A DNA stretch of 64,000 nucleotides from an uncultured archaeon. GTDB taxonomy: Archaea; Thermoproteota; EX4484-205; JAAOZP01. This document shows positions 29,269-38,154 of the stretch, one piece after another (the stretch's first letter is position 1; every line of letters starts with the position of its first letter). The notes beneath the pieces are model-generated. The model had not been told where the DNA came from. It made no database searches and saw nothing but the letters and a program-made list of their open reading frames with translations. The translations under genes and the position numbers were made by a program. Location of the stretch: positions 32,001-96,000 of the forward strand of contig CALIBN010000007.1 of NCBI GenBank assembly GCA_938045545.1, in the 5' to 3' direction.

Positions 29269-30399
29269 ATGATTCGTCGGATGTGGGTTCTCAGAAGCGA
29301 TGCGGTAACCGTGTGGAACAATAAGGATGTTCAGAAAAGGCTCTCATGGTATAGGGCTGTTATGAAAAACCTTAAACCAGCCAAATTCCTAATAGCTAAA
29401 AGCATCCCGGCACAGGTCGGGGTTAAGGATTTAGAGAACATGAAGGAGGAGGAGCTCTGGAGGCTTCATGAAAAGCTTAGCTTAGAGTTCAGGAGAATCC
29501 ATGAGTCTGTGAAGACAGGTAAGGCTGGTGAGACCACTCCTGCAGAAGTAAGCTTCCTAGATGTAAAGATAATGCTCTCTGAAAGACTTGTTGAACACTG
29601 CGAGTTTTGCGAGAGAAGGTGCAGAGTGAACCGGAGGAGGGGGGAGCAAGGGTTCTGCAGAGTAGGGTTTGTAAGCAGGGTTTCAACATGGTTCCACCAC
29701 TTCGGGGAGGAGGGACCGTTAATAGGCGAGGGAGGCTCTGGAACAATATTCTTCGCAGGCTGCAACCTCGGGCCTTGCGTCTACTGTCAGAACTGGGATA
29801 TCTCTTCAGATCCTGGGAACGGGGGCGAGGTTAATCCGAGAACACTGGCGCTAATCAGCAGGAGGCTTAGTGCCGAGAATGCTGCAAACATAAACTACGT
29901 GGGGGGAGACCCGACGCCGAATCTCCATACAATACTCTCATCCCTTAAACATTTGGATGTAAACATTCCGCAGCTCTGGAACAGCAACATGTATTGCAGC
30001 ACTGAGGCTATGAGGCTTCTCGCTGAAGTCATAGACATATGGCTACCGGACTTCAAGTATGGCAGCGACGAATGCGCCAGAAGGCTTTCAAAGGTGGAAA
30101 AATATTTCGAAGTGGTGGCGAGAAACCACAGGATTGCCTACGAGAACGGCGATATGATAATAAGACACCTGGTTCTTCCTAACCATCTAGAGTGTTGCAC
30201 CAAGCCTGTTTTAAAATGGATATCTGAAAACACTCCTAACGTTCTCGTGAACATAATGGGCCAGTATCATCCGGATTACTTGGTGGCGAGAAACCCTGGA
30301 GCGTATCCAGATATCGCTAGAAGGCCTAGTGCGAGAGAGATGCAGGAAGCCTATGATTACGCGAGAAGGCTTAACATAGTTTTCGAACCGGTGTCCTAG
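29269..30399 (+). CDS. PflX-like radical SAM protein
   Basis: C.FC.R.C.VNR..G..G.C, H.GEE, SGTIFF.GC, CQNWDIS, N.VGG.PTP, WNSNMY, LPDFKYG, RHLVLP.H..CC, NIM.QY.P. Confidence 0.88.
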   Translation: MIRRMWVLRSDAVTVWNNKDVQKRLSWYRAVMKNLKPAKFLIAKSIPAQVGVKDLENMKEEELWRLHEKLSLEFRRIHESVKTGKAGETTPAEVSFLDVKIMLSERLVEHCEFCERRCRVNRRRGEQGFCRVGFVSRVSTWFHHFGEEGPLIGEGGSGTIFFAGCNLGPCVYCQNWDISSDPGNGGEVNPRTLALISRRLSAENAANINYVGGDPTPNLHTILSSLKHLDVNIPQLWNSNMYCSTEAMRLLAEVIDIWLPDFKYGSDECARRLSKVEKYFEVVARNHRIAYENGDMIIRHLVLPNHLECCTKPVLKWISENTPNVLVNIMGQYHPDYLVARNPGAYPDIARRPSAREMQEAYDYARRLNIVFEPVS

Positions 30400-31322
30400 C
30401 TAACCCGGTTATCCCAATATGGTTTTTTCAACATAATTGCCTCAATAAACCTCCTTTTTAAATCATCATCGCCGCCGCCTGAACGCATTAACCCCACTAT
30501 GTCCACCAAATTATCGTTTCTCAACAAGCAGGGCTTCAGCCTCCCGTCGCAAGTAACCCTGAGCTTAGAGCAGTGGGAGCAGAAGTCAGGGTTCCCAGTG
30601 GGCGAGACTATTTCGACTAGAACCGTCCTTCCGTTTCTGGGGAGCATGTAGATGGGGCGTTGTCCAGTGTAGTTGACAGTTTTCCCGGCTGATTTTGAGG
30701 AGATGGTTTTTTCAACATACTTAAGGCTGACGTGAAACTCTTGGAAAACCTTCTCACCACCCGGAATCGGCTGGAGCTCTATGAGCTGGAGAACAGCCCC
30801 AATGGAGCCAGCGTAATCCAGCATCTTTTCAACATCCTCTTCGTTAACCCCTTTCAGAACAACCATATTTATCTTAACAGGGTTTAGGCCACTCTCTAAT
30901 GCAGCATTTATCCCTTTGAAAACCCTTGAAACATCCCCGCCACCAGTTATCAGGCTGTACTTTGAAGAATCGAGACTAGGAAGGTTAACGTTAACTCTTG
31001 CTAGTCCCGCGTCCTTAAGATCCCCAGCGTATTTTTCAAGGAGGACACCGTTTGTAACGAGCGAAACCTCCCTGACGAGCGGGGAGATCGCTTTCACCAT
31101 GTCGACAACGTCTTCTCTAACCAGTGGTTCTCCACCGGTTATCTTAACAGTTTCAACGCCTATGCTGCTAGCGACCTCGACGATTTTTCTAACCTCGTTT
31201 AAAGCCATGCTTCTCCTAGGAGGAGGGTTCCATTCCCTGTGGCAGAAGAAGCAATTAAGGTTGCAGTTCTCCGTAACGGATATCCTGAGGTTTTTCAATG
31301 GCCCTTCGGCCTGTTGAAACAT
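30396..31322 (-). CDS. moaA: GTP 3',8-cyclase MoaA
   Basis: LRISVT..CNL.C.FCH.E, ITGGEPL.R, TNG, KIN.V, IEL, FC..C..LRVT.DG.LKPCL. Confidence 0.95.
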   Translation of the reverse strand: MFQQAEGPLKNLRISVTENCNLNCFFCHREWNPPPRRSMALNEVRKIVEVASSIGVETVKITGGEPLVREDVVDMVKAISPLVREVSLVTNGVLLEKYAGDLKDAGLARVNVNLPSLDSSKYSLITGGGDVSRVFKGINAALESGLNPVKINMVVLKGVNEEDVEKMLDYAGSIGAVLQLIELQPIPGGEKVFQEFHVSLKYVEKTISSKSAGKTVNYTGQRPIYMLPRNGRTVLVEIVSPTGNPDFCSHCSKLRVTCDGRLKPCLLRNDNLVDIVGLMRSGGGDDDLKRRFIEAIMLKKPYWDNRVS

Positions 31323-31503
31323 TGCGAAAATACTAAAACTCGGTTATAAAAAATTTTACTGGTTACTATGAATGGTCGATGTTTAAACGTTTACAAAACG
31401 CCTCCTGAAAACGTCTTTCAGTTTAAAAAAAGCATGATCTAATGATTTTTATACCCCAAAACTTTATAAGTTCAAAAAAAGTATTTTACATGGTGAAAAG
31501 AGT

Positions 31504-33486
31504 TTGAGTGAGACGAAAACAGTCTCCGTCATAGAAGAGTTAAAAGCAGGTTTCACCGTTAAAGCAATAATCCTCGCAATAGTCTTCGGAATAATAGGGC
31601 TCTTCGCAAACATAGCTACTTGGTGGGGCCTAGGGATAAGCTTAGAACCTGTTTTTGCAGGCAGAGTAGGGGCACCAATATACCCACCATACGGGCTCGT
31701 TTTCATACTTATTCTTGTAAGTCTGTTCATAAAGGCTTTGACGATCCAGGAGATCGCGGTGATCACTACAATAGCGTTCATAACTGCAGACAGCCCGTTC
31801 GTCATCGGCGCTTTCCTACAATTCATATTTGCAGGAACCTACTTGGTTAAGACCAACCCCAACGTAGAGGCCCTGCTAAAGTATTACCCGCCGCTGTGGA
31901 CCCCGGGCGACTATGACCTGATCGCCCCCGCTTGGGCGGGAAGGGCAGCTGTACCATTGGGCAGGTTGCTCCCATACCTAGCGTTCTGGATGATAATTAT
32001 AATCATTTGGTGTCTAATGATGGTTTTCCAGGCCGCGTTAATCAGGCTGCAGCTGATTAAAAAAGAGAGGCTCCCATTCCCAATGATGATTCCGATTAAC
32101 GAGATGCTTTCACAGCATCAGAAGGGAACCTTTACGCAATACATGAAGAAGCTTCCATTCATAGCAGGGGTAATACTGGGATGCATAATAGGTATACTAG
32201 GGGCTTTAAACTATATTATTAAATTCACGACGGTGTTCTTCGCCTTCGGACAGTTCTACCAGCAATGGTTCGCCGACCTTATGAGCTCGATCTCTCAAAA
32301 CACGATACAATCCTGGTGGATGTTCATACCCGCGGATGCTGCAATCATGTACCTTGCCCCCTTGGACATTCTTTCCTCAATAGTCATCTGGCTGTTCATC
32401 TTCCAAATCCTGTTCCCACTGGTCCTCGTCAACACTGGGGTGATAACGCCCAACACTAACCCGGCTGGTACAGGCCCGTTCCCATGGCTAAACTTCAGCT
32501 ACTACTGGGCCCCGTTGGCGATAGGCATCTGGACAATAGTCTTCGGCTACAAGACTTATGCTGAGAGCTTGAAGAAGAAGGAGTTTGCCCCGGGCGAACT
32601 CCCAAATTCACTCGTATGGTACGGCTTCGCAGCCACATGGCTTCTCTGGCTCATCCTATGGGTCATATTCGGAGCCAACGTTCTCCCGTTGCTAGTGGGC
32701 TTCATCGTGTGGTTCCTGTATACGACGGGTATGGTTGCTGTCTGCGGGGCAACAGGTACCTGGGTAGCTGGAGGAGACGCTGTTCCGGCGAGATTCTTAG
32801 CGTGGGGAGTAGGCACTGGAATAGGCCTGTTCCCAGCAAGCGGTGCGGCTGCTAAAACTCAATCCGCGTGGGCAACGATGGCCGGCGTCAGCATAACTGC
32901 CAGCATGGGTGGAGTGATTCATCAGAACACGCATTCCGCTTGGGCCTACACGTCAACCTACACGATGGTTGAACCCGCTAAGGTGAAGGAAACAGACATT
33001 CTAAAGTCGCACATCCTAGGAATACTTATAACGGTGCTTATCGGTGTTCCAGTTGCCGTCTACATAATCTACGGGACTGGAATAGGCCAGCTGAAGGCCT
33101 GGGGCCTCGGCAGCGGTGCAAACATCACCGGCTTCCAAGTGCCATGGGTAGTGGCTGATGCAGCGCCTCCTGCAGGCTTCCACTGGTGGATGTTCCCACT
33201 GGCTATAGTCGTGGTCGGCATCTTGTTCTTCCTGAGGGCTAGGTTCGCATGGTTCTTCTTCAGCCCGTATGCGTTATTCTTCTACTCTGGAATGTGGCTG
33301 ATAAACGCCGGGGTAGCGTGGATACTTAAACTCATAACGCTTAAAGTATTCGGAGCGAAGGCCTACGAAGAGGTTGGAGTACCCGTAGCAATAGGCTTCA
33401 TGGTTGGTGTCACTCTCATGGCTACGATAATCATGGGAGTGAACTCTGCTACCGGAGGAATATCAGTAGGACCGACAGGCTATTAG
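31504..33486 (+). CDS. Polytopic membrane protein, distant OPT/YSL-superfamily (DUF6785/6784-like) permease
   Basis: 660 aa, roughly 15 or more hydrophobic segments, ERLPFP motif shared with 38154-40073; TTTATAAG and GGTGA upstream. Confidence 0.7.
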   Translation: MSETKTVSVIEELKAGFTVKAIILAIVFGIIGLFANIATWWGLGISLEPVFAGRVGAPIYPPYGLVFILILVSLFIKALTIQEIAVITTIAFITADSPFVIGAFLQFIFAGTYLVKTNPNVEALLKYYPPLWTPGDYDLIAPAWAGRAAVPLGRLLPYLAFWMIIIIIWCLMMVFQAALIRLQLIKKERLPFPMMIPINEMLSQHQKGTFTQYMKKLPFIAGVILGCIIGILGALNYIIKFTTVFFAFGQFYQQWFADLMSSISQNTIQSWWMFIPADAAIMYLAPLDILSSIVIWLFIFQILFPLVLVNTGVITPNTNPAGTGPFPWLNFSYYWAPLAIGIWTIVFGYKTYAESLKKKEFAPGELPNSLVWYGFAATWLLWLILWVIFGANVLPLLVGFIVWFLYTTGMVAVCGATGTWVAGGDAVPARFLAWGVGTGIGLFPASGAAAKTQSAWATMAGVSITASMGGVIHQNTHSAWAYTSTYTMVEPAKVKETDILKSHILGILITVLIGVPVAVYIIYGTGIGQLKAWGLGSGANITGFQVPWVVADAAPPAGFHWWMFPLAIVVVGILFFLRARFAWFFFSPYALFFYSGMWLINAGVAWILKLITLKVFGAKAYEEVGVPVAIGFMVGVTLMATIIMGVNSATGGISVGPTGY

Positions 33487-33493
33487 ATCCAAA

Positions 33494-33506
33494 CCCTCTT
33501 TTTTTT
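33494..33506 (+). terminator. Archaeal oligo-T terminator candidate after the first OPT-like gene
   Basis: CCCTCTTTTTTTT a few bases after the TAG stop at 33486. Confidence 0.55.
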
Positions 33507-33636
33507 GAGCCACGGCTTAGTTGCTTCCATGTCAGCTTAAGCCTCCTTATCGTTACCCTTGAGGACATGAGCTTCCTTTTAAAGAGGGGTTTTAACGACG
33601 TAAAGTTTAAATCAATCTCGGTGGAGTTCCACGTTA

Positions 33637-36600
33637 ATGATAATAGTCCAAAGAAAATATTTGCTTGTTGCTGTGTTTTTAACGATGCTTGTTGTCCCTC
33701 TCTTAGCAATACGGGGGAGTCGGGAGGCTGTTGAAGAAAAAACCTGGTTAAACCAGGAAGCCCCGTTGGTTTCAGCTGACAGGATAAGAGACTATGTGGC
33801 GTTGTTTTCATCAATACAGTCAAGGTTCACAGGCTACCCGGGCTCTCTCCAAGCAGCCAGAATCATAATGGACAAGTTTAACGAATCTGACCTGAATGTT
33901 AGCCTTTTCAACTACACGGTGCTGGTCCCGTATGACTCCGGCTCATACATGAAGGTGGGTGGAAGAGTGATTAAGGCTTATGCTCTCTACCCTAATGTTG
34001 TAGCCACGGGTTTGAAAAAGGCTTCCGGAAAGCTTGTCTACGCGGGCCACGGTACTCCGGAGGAGCTTAGGGGACTTGACGTGAATGGTAACATAGTCCT
34101 CCTTGAGTTTAACTCCGGGTCTGCATGGGTAGACATGGTTAAGCTGGGCGCCTCCGGCATCGTTTTCCTAGAGGACGGTGACACGAATCGCTTCGAAGCA
34201 TTGAGAAAAATCTCCTCTGTCCCACTGAATACTCCAAGAATATACGTAGCAGGCCAGGAAGCGTCTCAGCTCAGAGAAATCGCTAAAAACAATCCGGTTG
34301 CAGAGCTCGTTAACGGTATGGAGTGGAGAGAAGTTGAGGCTGTTAACGTGATTGGGGAAATGAAGGGTGTTGAAGACCCGTCTAAAGTAATTATTATAAC
34401 GGCGAACTATGACTCCGGGTCGATTGTACCAGGGGTCGCTCCGGGGGCTGATGAAGCCATAGGTATTTCTGTCATGCTTGAATTCATCAGATCTTTGAAG
34501 CATCAGGGCCTCTCGCCGAGATACACAGTTCTTTTTATAGCGATGTCTGGACATTGGCAGGCCCTAGCCGGTGCTAGAAGCTTCGTGGAACAATTCTACT
34601 TTAACAATTCCGCGATAGGCAGGGAAGTCTTCCCGTATCTCGTCATAGACATTAAGATCAGCTCAGGAAGCCCGCACTTAAACCTTGTTTACAGCGGCAT
34701 GATGTACTCCATCAATACTCAGTATATTGCAAGCAGGTTCAGAGACCTCCGAATATTTTTTGCAAATTCAATTAAATCTTTCATTCAATCTTTCCCAAGC
34801 TATAGCGAAAAGGTTTTAACGAGCAACCTGTATCCTGGTCTATACGGCATTGCATACGACTCGGCTAGTCCCGGTTTTCAGAAGGGCCTTGCCTTCAAGC
34901 ATATTCTCGAAATGGAGCCTTTTGAGCTGGCTAACAGCATTGGGCTCGGAATAATTACTTTCGACGACTTCAGGTATCGCGTTTTCACCCCGTCTGACAG
35001 GCTGGAGTTCATCGATTTCCAGAACGTCATACCTCAAGCACAGCTAACATTCCAGATCCTGTTCGACCTGTTGAAGGCTCCGGTTGAAGAATGGTATCCA
35101 GGCAGTTGGGAGGGTTTAAGACCGTTAAGAATGGGTGAAACCTACACTGGAGTTGGTTTCACTGTATTAAAGGTTGAAGTGGTTGAATACGACCCGACTA
35201 CGCCAGGCCTATACAGCCCGGTTCCAAAAGCTTTCGTCACAGTGGGGAGCACGTTGGACCCATTCACGCTGATGTTTTCTAAATCAGATTCTTCAGGCTT
35301 CGCGGTGTTCAGGGGTTTAAGGCCATATCCTGAGGCGACGACCGCGTTGCAAACCCCTATTCAGAGCTACGTGATCGACGAGGAGGGGAGAATAATCTAC
35401 GCCCCAGACAGGGGGCAGCATGGTGCCGGAACATATCCTTCAAGCGTAACGATAGTCTCACCTGAACAATTCACGAGGAACGTTGTGTTTAAATGCGGGA
35501 GCGCCGTCATGTTCGATTTAACCGACCCGGACACTCTGCAGGCTGCAGTCTCTCCAAGCTCGATGTTTGGAACCACGAATGCTTATTCGGCACAGCTCAG
35601 GAATTACGGTGGCTACGAGACCCCGCTAACGATAAGCGTGATGATGATGCAGATACCTGGATACTCTATTCTAGACTCGTTCGGCTACGAGTTCGACCCC
35701 ATTCTGTCGGTTGCACAGGTTTACGCCCCGCCCCGCATCAGGTTCGGCTTCGTTGTTAAAAGCACGTCTATGGCTAAAACGGTTGCAGTCTATACGAATG
35801 TGACTCTGCAGAACCAGGATGGGTACGGGTATTATTTGGGTAAAGAGGGGGACAGGCTGCTCGTAAAGGGTGGAATACCCGGCATGTTCATGGAGATGTT
35901 GACATTAGCATATGGCAGGTATTTGGCTCAAGCAGATATTCAAGTTCTGGACCCAAAGACGATGGAGAATTTGAATTATGCGATAATGTTTAACCAGACG
36001 CTTCTTCAGACGGCTTCGAAAAAGGATTACAGCGGGTTCTTGACGAGCGCTTTAATGGCTTGGGGGTTCTCCAGCAAGGCTTACCAAAGCTCTTTGAGCG
36101 TTGTACGCGACGCGGTTACGAGCATAATTCTCGTATTCGCTTTAGCAATACCCTTCATCCTTCTGTTTTCCTCCCTGGTTTACAATTTGAGCAGCGGCTT
36201 TAGAAGCGTCGCCCTTACTCTTGCTGTGGCGCTGTCCGTGGCGTTGCTTTTAACAGTATTCCACCCGGGTTTCGGGCTAGCGGTAAACGTGCCTGCAATA
36301 TTCATAGGGACGCTGATAGTTGCCCTGGTTATTCCAGTGATGTTCTTCCTGTTCTCCAACTTCTCTACAGGGCTTTCCAGGCTGAGGAGAGAAGTTCTTG
36401 GTGCGCACTTCCTTGAGAGAAGCGGATTCGACGTTTCGTTTTCAGCCGTATCCATAGGAATAGGCAACTTGAAGAAGCGTAAGTTTAGAACAGTATTAAC
36501 GATGCTGTGCATAGTAATCATAAGCTTCTCGCTTTCGTCTCTGACTTCCGTGACGGAGATAAGGGCTTTAAGAGTTACCCCAACGCCCACCGAGGTAACT

Positions 36601-38154
36601 TACAACGGGGTGCTGCTGAGAACAGCCAACTTCGTCCCTTTAAACAGGAAGTTGATCGACCTAGTGTCAACCTACATATCTGGCAAGACACTTTATGCTC
36701 CGAGGTACTGGGTTTATCTTCCTTCCACTCCTGGAGAGGGGACTGCTGGCACAATAGTAATATCCTCTGAGAAAAGCAAGGCTTTGATCTACGCGGCTGT
36801 CGGAATAAGCCCTGTAGAGTTGAAAGCATCGTTCAAGCAGGTTGAAAAAATACTTTTAGAAGGATCCATGTTTAAAGAGGAAGAGGTTTTCTCAGCATTA
36901 TTGCCGAACAGCCTTGCGGAAAGCCTTAAGGTGAAGACAGGCGAATACGTCTGGGTTAACGGCTTCCGCTTAAGAGTAGCAGGCATACTCAACACGACCG
37001 CAATTCTAGCATATGTGAAAGATTCAGATGGTTTCGTGGACGTCCTGCCCATGGACACGTATATTCTTTCGAACGAGAGAACTCCTCCCCGTGCTGAGGC
37101 AGCGTTGAGCCCAGGATCCGTAATATTCGTGCCCGCCGGCCTGGTTGAATTGATTCCGGAGGCATGCTTGACAAGCGTTTTCATACCGGCAGACGGGATG
37201 GTGTTCGAGGAACTTTACGAGAAGTGCGGCGAGGTTTTCTCCGCTTTCGAAGGTTTAAACATTTATCTGACGTATAACGGCACTGTCTACCGGTTCTCCA
37301 AGGAGAACGTTATCTCGCTATTCGGCTTCCAGTTCATTCTAATACCCATGATCATCGCGGGGCTGATAACTATGTCGACGATCCTAGGCGGAGTCATGGA
37401 GAGAATACGTGAGGGCTACATATATAGCAGTCTAGGCCTAGCACCGGTTCAAGTAGGCTTAATGTTCTTCGGGGAGAACATCATATACGCTATCGTAGGC
37501 TCGATGACAGGCTATCTCGGCGGCATCTCAGCCTCATACTTGACGAGGAAAATAGGCTTGATAAACCTCCCTGTGAACTACACGTCGTCATTCGTCATGA
37601 TAGCTGTCGGTCTGGTGATAGTGCTGGTTCTGGCAGCGTCGCTCTACCCGTTCTACAGAGTCTCCGTCACAGTAACCCCGTCGCTAGAGAGGAAGTGGCG
37701 TCTCCAGACTAAGCCGAAGGGAGACTCGTGGGACATACCGATACCTTTCCGTATAAAGGAGGATGATAGGGCCGCAGGAATGGCTGTTTTCCTCCATGAG
37801 TATCTCTGGAATAAGAGGATAGAGAGGGCAGGAGTCTTCTCCATTGAAAACGTTGAGGTCAGCAAGATAGAGTCTGGGATTGGTATTAAGTCAAGAGTCT
37901 GGCTGGCACCATTCGAGCAGAACATAAAGCAGGATATGAACATAGTGATATTGAAGAGCAAGACAGAGCAGAATTTCCTTATTTTAATGAATCTAACCAG
38001 GGTGTCCGGACCCTACGACTCATGGGTCAGGTTCAACTATCCCTTTATTGATGAGATAAGGAAGCAAATGCTGATATGGAACGTTCTCAATCCAGAGGAG
38101 CGGGAGAAATACATACGTATGGCTAGGGAGCGTAGCCTAGTAGGTGAGAAATAA
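33637..38154 (+). CDS. 1505-aa fusion: N-terminal anchor, PA domain, M28-fold (nicastrin/nicalin-like) domain, TM block, FtsX/MacB-type permease
   Basis: SRFTGYPG, G.LVYAG.G......DV.G.IVL (PA); ANYDS...PGAD (M28-like); KRKFRTVLT (MacB TM1); ER.RE..IYSSLGL.P..V..MF..E (FtsX motif); PSLERKW C-terminal domain. Confidence 0.8.
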   Translation: MIIVQRKYLLVAVFLTMLVVPLLAIRGSREAVEEKTWLNQEAPLVSADRIRDYVALFSSIQSRFTGYPGSLQAARIIMDKFNESDLNVSLFNYTVLVPYDSGSYMKVGGRVIKAYALYPNVVATGLKKASGKLVYAGHGTPEELRGLDVNGNIVLLEFNSGSAWVDMVKLGASGIVFLEDGDTNRFEALRKISSVPLNTPRIYVAGQEASQLREIAKNNPVAELVNGMEWREVEAVNVIGEMKGVEDPSKVIIITANYDSGSIVPGVAPGADEAIGISVMLEFIRSLKHQGLSPRYTVLFIAMSGHWQALAGARSFVEQFYFNNSAIGREVFPYLVIDIKISSGSPHLNLVYSGMMYSINTQYIASRFRDLRIFFANSIKSFIQSFPSYSEKVLTSNLYPGLYGIAYDSASPGFQKGLAFKHILEMEPFELANSIGLGIITFDDFRYRVFTPSDRLEFIDFQNVIPQAQLTFQILFDLLKAPVEEWYPGSWEGLRPLRMGETYTGVGFTVLKVEVVEYDPTTPGLYSPVPKAFVTVGSTLDPFTLMFSKSDSSGFAVFRGLRPYPEATTALQTPIQSYVIDEEGRIIYAPDRGQHGAGTYPSSVTIVSPEQFTRNVVFKCGSAVMFDLTDPDTLQAAVSPSSMFGTTNAYSAQLRNYGGYETPLTISVMMMQIPGYSILDSFGYEFDPILSVAQVYAPPRIRFGFVVKSTSMAKTVAVYTNVTLQNQDGYGYYLGKEGDRLLVKGGIPGMFMEMLTLAYGRYLAQADIQVLDPKTMENLNYAIMFNQTLLQTASKKDYSGFLTSALMAWGFSSKAYQSSLSVVRDAVTSIILVFALAIPFILLFSSLVYNLSSGFRSVALTLAVALSVALLLTVFHPGFGLAVNVPAIFIGTLIVALVIPVMFFLFSNFSTGLSRLRREVLGAHFLERSGFDVSFSAVSIGIGNLKKRKFRTVLTMLCIVIISFSLSSLTSVTEIRALRVTPTPTEVTYNGVLLRTANFVPLNRKLIDLVSTYISGKTLYAPRYWVYLPSTPGEGTAGTIVISSEKSKALIYAAVGISPVELKASFKQVEKILLEGSMFKEEEVFSALLPNSLAESLKVKTGEYVWVNGFRLRVAGILNTTAILAYVKDSDGFVDVLPMDTYILSNERTPPRAEAALSPGSVIFVPAGLVELIPEACLTSVFIPADGMVFEELYEKCGEVFSAFEGLNIYLTYNGTVYRFSKENVISLFGFQFILIPMIIAGLITMSTILGGVMERIREGYIYSSLGLAPVQVGLMFFGENIIYAIVGSMTGYLGGISASYLTRKIGLINLPVNYTSSFVMIAVGLVIVLVLAASLYPFYRVSVTVTPSLERKWRLQTKPKGDSWDIPIPFRIKEDDRAAGMAVFLHEYLWNKRIERAGVFSIENVEVSKIESGIGIKSRVWLAPFEQNIKQDMNIVILKSKTEQNFLILMNLTRVSGPYDSWVRFNYPFIDEIRKQMLIWNVLNPEEREKYIRMARERSLVGEK

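Noticed and set aside
33449-33823. Antisense 124-aa ORF spanning the gap between the first OPT-like gene and the fusion gene
   Set aside because: It overlaps both real genes on the opposite strand and has no motif; likely a shadow ORF.
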